Positions 7,487 to 16,300 of a DNA stretch of 64,000 bases are shown here, piece after piece. The notes beneath the pieces are model-generated. The model did not search any database. It was not told the DNA's origin and saw only the letters and a program-made list of their open reading frames with translations. The position numbers and the translations under genes were made by a program. The stretch is from contig DWVI01000002.1 of assembly GCA_019120295.1 (NCBI GenBank), positions 10,754-74,753 of the forward strand. Direction: 5' to 3'. Source of the DNA: Candidatus Onthoplasma faecipullorum (lineage in GTDB: Bacteria; Bacillota; Clostridia; Christensenellales; UBA1242). Each line of letters opens with the position of its first letter. Position 1 is the first letter of the stretch.

Positions 7487-9430
7487 CTATTCTTTTATTC
7501 TTTTCATCAAGTTTACCATAATTTTTATTACTAAATGATTATATTCATTCATAAAATCATAATTATAATACCTATTTATATCTGCATTAAGGTCATTACT
7601 AGCACTAAATTTTTGTGATAAATCAGGAAACAAACCTTCTGCTTCTTTAATAAACATTTTAGAAAAATCACATTTAATATTATTGAGATTAGATTTTAAA
7701 ACATCTATCTTTCTATTAATATCAAAATTTTCTATGTCATTGTTTATATCCCTAGGAATAAATATAAAATTAAAAATACTATTTTTGTAATTTTTCAAAA
7801 TTTGTTTGTTATACAAAATCGTTTGGTTCTCATTACTCTTAAAAATTAAAAATTTACCAGACGCATTTATTAAAAAATGTTCTATTGAAAAATTATTTTT
7901 ATCAGAAAGGTAATTCTTCAATTTTTCAAAGTTTCCCCCTCTAATTACTACTTTGTCACCTTTTATTTGATAAAAATTATATATAGAAGCTAAGATTTGA
8001 GCATTATACCTTTGATCCGATTCATTATTTTCGTTTATACTAACTGCATAATTACCAATCGGATAACTACCACTGGTAAATGTTACGATTTCTTCCATTA
8101 TTTTATTATGAATAGAGTTTTCTTTTAAAATAGGGATTATATTGACTATATCTTTTTTATTTTTTAAGATTAAATACAAATTAATATAAAATATTATTGC
8201 ATATATGTCTTTTATCTGCTTTTTATTATACGAGATATCATTTGTCAATCCTGTTAAAGTTAGTATGTATTTTACAACAAGTGATTTAAAAATTACCTTA
8301 TCTCCCAAAAGTATTTTTGCCAAATAATTACTTATTACATCATATTCTGAACTGTCAATATTTCCCTTTTTTAGAAGTATTTTTAATGAATTTGGAACTC
8401 CAGTAGGACTTTGAATTATATCTCCAATAATGGCCAATGTGTTATTCATCTCCGTAAACATATTTTTAAAAAAACTATTACTATTAATAACTTTTACTAT
8501 GTGTTCTCCCGCAAAATATTTATCTCCGCCAATTTCAACATCATTAGATATTAAAAAATCATTACCAAACTTAATTTCTTTATATTTTTCATCTTTATAG
8601 ATATAACAATACATAAAATGTTGTAAAAAATCACATAAAGAATAATTCTTAAATGTTAAATCCCCATTGTTGATTCTTATTATATGTTGTTTAAATTTAG
8701 TCCATAATGGCTTCATCTCTGTCATACAGCCTAAAGAAAATAAATATCCCTTAAAAATATCTTCATTGTCAAGTTTTAACCCTTTCAGATTTACATCAAG
8801 AAAATATTGTATACTTTCTTTTTCCATATCATCATCAGATATAATTAAATTAAAATTGCTTTTACACAAATGATCATAAAACTTAATTGCTTTTGTTTTA
8901 CTATTTAAAAATTCAGATGAGATTATTTCTTCGTACAATTCTACATACTTTTTCTTTTGACTATACAAATCTCCTTCCTCAAGAATTCTCAAATTATTTT
9001 CATTAATATCGTCAATAGAATAATTATTGTTCTTTAAAATATTAAATGTTGTAAAATTTTCAGTAACTAATTCACAATTATTTAAAATATCAATGTCTTC
9101 GCCAAATTTTTTCTTTAAAAAATCTAAAATCATATACAAAATTGTAATTCTTTGTTGTCCATCAATTATTAAAAATGAATTTTTATCAAGTTCGCTATCT
9201 AATATTATGTTTCCCAAAAATTTATCACTCTCAGAAATATCCCTTATTAATTCAATGACTTGCTTCTTTTCCCATCTTAATTCCCTTTGAAAACTTGGTA
9301 TAATATATTTTCTATCTTTTTTAAGAGAAAATGCTTTGCTTTTGCCCTTTTCCCCTTCTGCAATCAACTCGGCATCTAAATTAGAAAAAAACTTTTTTAA
9401 ATTAATTATTGTTCCAATTATTCTTGACAT
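7487..9430 (-). CDS. DUF262 (ParB-like NTPase, DGQQR) + DUF1524-like His-Me nuclease; GmrSD/SspE-type architecture
   Basis: 647 aa. N-terminal IPSFQRELRW...IIDGQQRITILY and downstream FLDVNLKGLKLDNEDIFK, typical of DUF262. C-terminal FSIEHFLI and FNFIFIPRDINNDIEN resemble DUF1524. Confidence 0.75.
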   Translation of the reverse strand: MSRIIGTIINLKKFFSNLDAELIAEGEKGKSKAFSLKKDRKYIIPSFQRELRWEKKQVIELIRDISESDKFLGNIILDSELDKNSFLIIDGQQRITILYMILDFLKKKFGEDIDILNNCELVTENFTTFNILKNNNYSIDDINENNLRILEEGDLYSQKKKYVELYEEIISSEFLNSKTKAIKFYDHLCKSNFNLIISDDDMEKESIQYFLDVNLKGLKLDNEDIFKGYLFSLGCMTEMKPLWTKFKQHIIRINNGDLTFKNYSLCDFLQHFMYCYIYKDEKYKEIKFGNDFLISNDVEIGGDKYFAGEHIVKVINSNSFFKNMFTEMNNTLAIIGDIIQSPTGVPNSLKILLKKGNIDSSEYDVISNYLAKILLGDKVIFKSLVVKYILTLTGLTNDISYNKKQIKDIYAIIFYINLYLILKNKKDIVNIIPILKENSIHNKIMEEIVTFTSGSYPIGNYAVSINENNESDQRYNAQILASIYNFYQIKGDKVVIRGGNFEKLKNYLSDKNNFSIEHFLINASGKFLIFKSNENQTILYNKQILKNYKNSIFNFIFIPRDINNDIENFDINRKIDVLKSNLNNIKCDFSKMFIKEAEGLFPDLSQKFSASNDLNADINRYYNYDFMNEYNHLVIKIMVNLMKRIKE

Positions 9431-9708
9431 AAAGTACCTCTTTTGTTTTATGATTTTTAAACATTAAAATATTTTTCAGTGATTTTTAATTAAAAAAACA
9501 GCATTTAAACTAATTATTACATTCCCTATCATACAAGTTAGAATTTTCTTAATCCTTCATTAATAATATTCAAAACACATATTAATCAAGATTAATAATT
9601 GAAACATTTTTTATAGCCATTAATTTCAATTGGCACTTAATCCATAGTTAACTCATAAACAAGTGAATGTTTGTGAAATCTTCGTAAAATCTAATATATT
9701 ATATATTA

Positions 9709-9888
9709 CTACTTATCTAGGACAATCCTTCGCTCTGCTCTTTCTGGTTTTTTAGAGTTTTCAGGAATTATCCATGTCTTGCCTTTAAGCTCTGCACCTT
9801 TTACTCTACCTTGCTGGCAGTAGTTTCGTACTGACCTTTCACTTATCTTCCACTTCTTAGCTATTTCGCTAACTGTTGAAACACCCAT
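9709..9888 (-). CDS. Small helix-turn-helix DNA-binding protein (MerR/excisionase-like HTH)
   Basis: 59 aa, below the track cut-off. MGVSTVSEIAKKWKISERSVRNYCQQGRVKGAELKGKTWIIPENSKKPERAERRIVLDK. This pattern (ISxRSVxxYCxxGRIxGAxKxGKxWxIP) is common in Firmicutes mobile elements. The SD GGTGAGG is 12 nt upstream, which is sub-optimal. Confidence 0.55.
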   Translation of the reverse strand: MGVSTVSEIAKKWKISERSVRNYCQQGRVKGAELKGKTWIIPENSKKPERAERRIVLDK

Positions 9889-10053
9889 TAAACATAATAC
9901 CTCACCTTTTAGATATCTAAATTATAGCCGATAACGATATTTAAGTCAATTAATCCACAAAATAAAATTGCCGACATCGGCAATTTTATTAATACTACTC
10001 AACATATAAATATACAAAGCTATTTCAAAATATTGAAAAGCACATGCTTATAT

Positions 10054-10476
10054 TTATACTCTACCATACTTGTTTTGAATTTCTATCCTTACATCTTCTA
10101 CATTTTTGCTAACTTGAGATAATCTATCATAATCTCTCCGCAACTTATAACACTCATCTAAATATTCTTTACTATTTAAAAACTCTTTATTGTATATAAA
10201 ATTTTGATATGCCTCATGACACCAATGATTTCTTTTTTCTGTCATTTGCATTAAAAAATTATAATCGCTTGCAGATAAATATGGTTTTTTATCACTAAAA
10301 TCGAGTTCTTTTAATTTTTTTATTGTTTGTCCAAGAGACCACTTCTCAACTTTAATTAGATTGTCATAATAATCACCTTTAAGCATTGAAGCATAAATTC
10401 TTTTTATATCATGTTCAATTATTTGACAATGCATAATTGTTTTCCCAATAATATTATGAAATTCATCTAAATTCAT
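10054..10476 (-). CDS. Hypothetical 140-aa protein, possible HEPN-fold (R-x4-H) protein
   Basis: ORF with AGGAG Shine-Dalgarno. Contains EKRNHWCHEAY, i.e. RNxxxH followed by E.Y as in DUF86-type HEPN domains. No partner gene recognised. Confidence 0.55.
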   Translation of the reverse strand: MNLDEFHNIIGKTIMHCQIIEHDIKRIYASMLKGDYYDNLIKVEKWSLGQTIKKLKELDFSDKKPYLSASDYNFLMQMTEKRNHWCHEAYQNFIYNKEFLNSKEYLDECYKLRRDYDRLSQVSKNVEDVRIEIQNKYGRV

Positions 10477-10570
10477 AAAAGCTCCTTCATCAGTTTCATT
10501 ATAACATTATTATTTTAAAAATTCATCTTTTTGATAAGATTTTCTACATCAAAATTTTGTGTTACATTTA

Positions 10571-10852
10571 CTCCACGTAAAACCCATAAGCAAATAAGTG
10601 CCTATATGTAATTATCTCATGAGTGGGGATGTAGTCGATGAACTTAATGTGGTTTGAAAATTTTTGAATGGTGAGTGTCAAATTTTTGTTTTTGCCTTTG
10701 GGTCTTCCCCTTTTCTTGTTTTTGGTTTCAACCTTATCATTTGCAGTTCCAGTTTTATCAATTTCAGTTTCAACCTCCCCTTTTTCGGGATTGTCTTTTG
10801 ATATTTTTTCAAAAGGTTCGAATTCAGATACTCTACTTCCGCCAATAGAAAG
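10571..10852 (-). pseudogene. Start-less 94-codon reading frame (gene remnant?) with AT-hook-like KKRGRPKGK
   Basis: Open frame between an in-frame TGA (10853-10855) and TAA (10568-10570). LSIGGSRVSEFEPFEKISKDNPEKGEVETEIDKTGTANDKVETKNKKRGRPKGKNKNLTLTIQKFSNHIKFIDYIPTHEIITYRHLFAYGFYVE. No ATG/GTG start; the only TTG is at codon 58. Confidence 0.25.
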
Positions 10853-10854
10853 TC

Positions 10855-10894
10855 ATACGAAACAACCGTTAGGATTTGTTTCGTATTTTTATTT
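10855..10894 (+). terminator. Orphan intrinsic-terminator-like hairpin (11-bp stem ATACGAAACAA/TTGTTTCGTAT, 10-nt loop, then TTTTTATTT)
   Basis: Read directly. No credible plus-strand gene lies upstream of it. Confidence 0.4.
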
Positions 10895-11560
10895 GTGGGA
10901 TTGCTTTGGAATTGTTATAAATTTTGAAAGACCTAAAATAGAAAACTCATCTCATTTGAACTGGATTCATCAAAAAAGAGATGAGCATGGAACTTGGATT
11001 AAAAATAAGGTAGATTATTGAAAAATCTATCTTTTTATAATTCACTTATTACTTTAATTCTTATCATTTTAACAATCTCAAATTTACATAATGATTTAAA
11101 TTACAAAATCTGGAAGATTCATCTTATTCTTTATTTGTATAAATGTTTTCTATCTAAATATTTCTCTGATAAATAATTTTAAATTTTATTATATTTTATA
11201 AAATTAGACTTGTGAGAATTATTTGCCTTATTTTTATTAATTCACATCAAGTCTTTTTTATATATCACTTGTTGTATATACATTTGTATTTTTTTAAATA
11301 TTATTTAATTTGATTGTTGCATTTTTTCTTATCATTAATTATTATTTATTATTTATTTTTATCATTTAATTTATAATTATTGACTAATATATAATCATAT
11401 CAATTATTCTATTGTTTTTTAATGTTGCCAGTAATTAATATATTTATTTTTTATGTTTATGTTTGTTTATAAATTTACTACTAATTATCATTTGACTTAT
11501 AATTTTATTATTTGACTAGTATTTTATGTTAGATATATTTTATATTTTAATATATTTCAT

Positions 11561-11589
11561 TTGCTAATATTCTCTTTTTGTGATATAAT
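11561..11589 (+). promoter_or_regulatory. Sigma-A-type promoter for the lipoprotein gene: -35 TTGCTA, 17-nt spacer, extended -10 TGaTATAAT
   Basis: Consensus-like hexamers read directly, 24 nt upstream of the AAGGAGAGG SD and ATG at 11613. Confidence 0.5.
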
Positions 11590-11612
11590 ATAATATATAT
11601 AAGGAGAGGTGT

Positions 11613-13100
11613 ATGAAAAGAAAAATATTTAGTTTTGCTTTCGCTTTTATTTTATTACTCACCGGTAGTATTGTACTTTCTGCTTGTGGCAATAAAGATA
11701 AAAATGTTGCTTTAAATATTGAAAGCAAAGATTATGTTAGTGTTTATATGTTAAAAGACGGAACTTATTACATGTCGTCTCATTTAAAATATGGTTCGGA
11801 TCAAAAGTTTTATATTTCTCTTGTTGATTATTACGATATTGATAGTTTGAAAATTTATAATAACGGTTCAGAGATTAGTTGGACTAAAAATGAAAATTTG
11901 ACACCTTCTGAATCTGTAAGTGGAACACAAATAGAAGTGGGTCACTTTACCTTAACTGATATTAAGAGTGATGTAAATTTGACATTTAGTTGTGAAGAAA
12001 AATTGATTTCATTTGATGTTAAGGTTATTGATAGTTCAATAGGTGAAGATCACGTTGTAAGTTGGGGCGAATTGACAAAGGATCAACAATATATCTTAAA
12101 TTCATTGAGAATATTTGACAATAAAACTATTGGCAACATGTTATACGCTAATACTACTGCTACGGTTACTTATTCTGACATTATTGATGGAATAAAAATT
12201 ACGGACACAAGAAATAAATTTGGAGATATAAATAATCATTTTATAACAAATGGTAATTTAGATTTTATCTACGATTCTGAAAATAAAAACGAATATTTGC
12301 TATTTTTCCCTTTTGGTGTTAATTTTAACAATACAATTATGATTGATGTTAGCTATTTGAATTACAGTACATGGTATTTTGACAACAATAGTGGAGATAT
12401 TGTAAATATTAGCAGTGCTGACCCAACATACAATATAGGAGCGAATGAAAATAAGTCTTTTGTGATTACTATTGATGCTAAAAATGGAGTTGATATATCT
12501 AATGCTGAACTATATATAAATGGCACTAAAATTGATATGGTTGATAATAGTTACACAATCAATACAGCAATTAATACGCCTCTATCATACATAGAAAATT
12601 TTAATCAAGAATCAGCAAGTTTATATCTTGGTAAATATGAAATAGAATTGAAAAATGTAGATTTTTCAACTGCTACTAATATTTGTAAATTGGTAGGTGG
12701 AGCATATAATAGCGAATATGCTTATTACCATAACAATGATGAGACATATTATTTGTACGATCCGTCAGAAGATTACAAAAAAGCAAGTTTTGAATTTGAA
12801 TACGAATTTTATGATAGAGATTTACAAGATCCTAATGCTAATACTGATAAAACTTTGAAAATATTGATATACAATAATGATACAAAACAGACAGAAGAAA
12901 TAACAATAAATATTGATAAACATAAAGAGCTTTTCACTTTGGGTAATGGCAATTATTATAATATAGATAATGACTATGTGGAAAATTTGAGCATATATTT
13001 TAGTATTAGTACTGCCGATGAATTTGGTGGTATTAGCGGATTTAGTCTATCAGGTGATTTACCTATCATAAATGGCACTTACACTATTACTATTGAATAA
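11613..13100 (+). CDS. Lipoprotein of unknown function
   Basis: 495 aa. Signal peptide with lipobox MKRKIFSFAFAFILLLTGSIVLSACGN. N/D/Y/T-rich mature part. Strong SD. Confidence 0.8.
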   Translation: MKRKIFSFAFAFILLLTGSIVLSACGNKDKNVALNIESKDYVSVYMLKDGTYYMSSHLKYGSDQKFYISLVDYYDIDSLKIYNNGSEISWTKNENLTPSESVSGTQIEVGHFTLTDIKSDVNLTFSCEEKLISFDVKVIDSSIGEDHVVSWGELTKDQQYILNSLRIFDNKTIGNMLYANTTATVTYSDIIDGIKITDTRNKFGDINNHFITNGNLDFIYDSENKNEYLLFFPFGVNFNNTIMIDVSYLNYSTWYFDNNSGDIVNISSADPTYNIGANENKSFVITIDAKNGVDISNAELYINGTKIDMVDNSYTINTAINTPLSYIENFNQESASLYLGKYEIELKNVDFSTATNICKLVGGAYNSEYAYYHNNDETYYLYDPSEDYKKASFEFEYEFYDRDLQDPNANTDKTLKILIYNNDTKQTEEITINIDKHKELFTLGNGNYYNIDNDYVENLSIYFSISTADEFGGISGFSLSGDLPIINGTYTITIE

Positions 13101-13357
13101 TAAAAATATATAAAAAATAAATTAATTATAAAAAAACGAACAATAATAAAAAATTATAAACAAATATTGTATAAACAATATATAATAATATCATTTTATA
13201 GTTTGGATTAAATTGTTCGTTTTTTATGTATAAAAATTATTTTATATTTTAATATTTATCTTTATTTTTTTATTTTTAATATTTACATTTTATTTATTAC
13301 TTTATTGATAATAATCAGTTTTAAAATAAGTTTATTAAAAATAAATTTGTGAATAAA

Positions 13358-16300
13358 TTACTCTTTTTGTTTATTTAATTTTTGGTCGTTTAGATATGTG
13401 TGGCGCCTATTTTTTGCGTCCTTTTCGCTCTCTTCATACAACTTTTCTTTATTGTCTGGGTTCATTTTTGATAGAATTGAGAAACGGTTTTCTGTGTCTA
13501 AAAATTCTGAATAATTCATTGTAGGTTCAAAACTATCAACGTGCATAGGTTCGTCTAAACTTGGGTTATATCTAAATAAGGTGTTGTATCCGCTCTTCAC
13601 CGCATCAAAGGCATGTTTAGGACCTTTCCTTAAATCGTAGCCATGTGAAATACAAGGCGCATATGCAATAATAACACTTGGGCCATTATACTGCTCTGCT
13701 TCAATAAACGCAGTTACACATTGGTCTGGATTAGCACCCATTGAAACAGTTGCAACATACACATCTTTGTATGTCATAAGCATACTTGCCAAGTCTTTTT
13801 TCTTTGTTGTTTTACCTGTTAAATTAAATTTTGCGCTTGCTCCGCGTGGTGTTGATTTACTTGTTTGACCACCAGTATTTGAATACACTTCGGTGTCTAA
13901 CACTAAAATATTTACATTTTCATCGCTTGCAACCACATGGTCAAGCCCGCCAAAACCAATATCATATGCCCAACCATCACCGCCAATTATCCATATGCTA
14001 GGGCTTGTGATTAAAGATAGATTGTCAAACAAATAGATGTCGTCACCCTTAACTATGTGACCACGTTTATAATCTTTAAGTTTTAAAATTAGTTGCTTGT
14101 TATATTCGTGATTTTCAGTGTTTTTTATAAATGGTTCAACAAGTTTTTTAATTGGCTCACTAAGATTTTTAGTTTTCAATTCACTAATAAACCTATTTCT
14201 CTCCGCTTTTCTAGCAACAGATATGCCATAGCCAAATTCAGCATTGTCTTCAAATAGCGAGTTTGCCCAACTTGGGCCAAAACCTTGTTTATCTTTGCTA
14301 TACGGACAAGTTGGATATGTTCCGCCATAGATTGACGAGCAACCTGTTGCATTAGCAATCAACATTCTATCACCAAAAAGTTGAGTTGCAAGTTTGATAT
14401 AAGGCGTTTCACCGCAACCAGCGCACGCCCCACTAAACTCAAAATACGGCTTTTTAAACTGCACACCTTTAACTGTGTTTGGTGTGAACGGTGTGATTTG
14501 TGGAAGAGTTAACATAAACTCTTCATTTGCAATTTCTTTATCACGAATTTTATCACTCTCGGTCATAATTAGTGCTTTAACTGGGCAAATCTCACTGCAC
14601 ACGCCACAACCAGTGCAATCAAGTGTGTTTACTTGCATTCTATAATTTCCGTCGCAAATAAACGCTTTTTTGCTTGTAAACGTCTTTGGAACTTTTTGTT
14701 TGTCGTCAAAAATCACTGGTCTAATTGCAGCATGTGGGCAAATCATTGTGCATCTTCCACATTGAATGCACTTTTCACTTATCCAATCAGGCATTTCTGT
14801 TGCCAATGCACGTTTTTCAAACTTTGTTGTGTCGGTTGGCATTCTACCGCGCTCGTCGAATTTGCTAACTGGGATATCATTCCCTTCTTGGTTAGATGTT
14901 GGAACAATAATCTCTTCGTAGTAATCAGACTGCATAACTTTACATACAGGTGTGTCGTTGATAGTTAAACGAGATGTGTCCACCGTGATGTAATTACCTT
15001 CTGCTTCTGTAATCGCGCCAAGGTTTGCATCAACTATCTTTTGACCTTTTTTCATATACGACTTAACAATCGCATTTTTTATCTCTTTCATGGCAACGTC
15101 AAACGGAAGAAGGTCACTCACCTTAAATAGCACCGTTTGCATTACCGTGTTAATTTTAGCGCCTAAACCGTATTTTTTAGCAATTTCGTTTGCATCAATG
15201 GTGTATAATTTGATTTTTTTATCAATAATATCCTGCTTCATTTTGTTTGGCATAAGTTTGTTTAGTGTTTCAAAATCGTAGTGTGAATTTAGGATCATTA
15301 TACCATTTTTCTTTAAACAGTCGGTCATGTCATATTTTTCAATAAAACCAACGTTATTGCACATCATTAAATCAACTTTTTGTGGGTTGAATGGTGCGTT
15401 GATTGGTAGAAAACTTGAACGCATGTGAGAGATTGTTAGGCTTCCAGACTTCTTTGAGTCGTAATCAAAATAACCTTGCACAAAACTAGTTGTTGCGTCC
15501 CCTAAAATTTTAATAGTGTTTTTAACTGAACTAACGCTTCCGTCGCTTCCAAGCCCATACACGCGCATGGTGAAGTTTGAAACTTTGTCAACATAACTTT
15601 CTTTAACTTCTAAATTAGTTTGATTTACATCGTCGTAAATTCCAACAGTGAAACCATCTTTTCTTCTGCCTATCATATTTTCAAAAACGCTAATTGCCAT
15701 ATCAGGAGTGAATTCTTTTCCACCTAAACCATAACAACCTGAATACGTTTTTGCATGCACGTCATGTTTTTGCATAGCCGACATTACGTATGAAGACAAT
15801 GTATCCACCCCATTCATGTCAATATTGCGCTCTAATATTGTGATATTTTTTACTTTTTTTGGAAGTTTTTTAATAAAATTTTCTTCGTCGAAAGGTTTTA
15901 ACATTCTAACCTTTATAATAGCTACATCGCCTTTATATTGCTTCTGAGCCATGATTAAAACGTCACTGGCACTACCCATTGCAACCACAACGTTTTTAGC
16001 ATTTGGTTTACCATAATACTCAATTGTATCATAATGCCTGTTTGTGATTGTTTCTTGACGGCGAAGTGCGTATTTGAAATCGTCTATTGCAGACTTATAT
16101 TTTTCGAGCGAACGAAGCCTGTTTTGCATAAATACGTCTGGGTTTTGGTTAGTACCTGCTGAAAAAGGTGAAAAATTGTTCATTGCTTCACGCTTGAAAT
16201 CTGTTATTTCATTAAAATTGACAATCTTTTTTAAATCTTCTAACTCAGTTAGATAAACCGTGTTGAGTTCGTGACTAGTTCTAAAACCATCAAAGAAACA

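Noticed and set aside
10668-11021. 117-aa plus-strand ORF.
   Set aside because: The first half is hydrophobic low complexity, mirroring the K/E/G-rich minus-strand frame. It reads straight through a strong terminator-like hairpin and has no SD.
11022-11612. Possible CRISPR or tandem-repeat array in the AT-rich tracts. The same question applies to 13101-13357, 16799-17064 and 24862-25148.
   Set aside because: I could find no regular repeat-spacer periodicity and no repeat of 20 nt or more. The apparent repetition is simple A/T low complexity.
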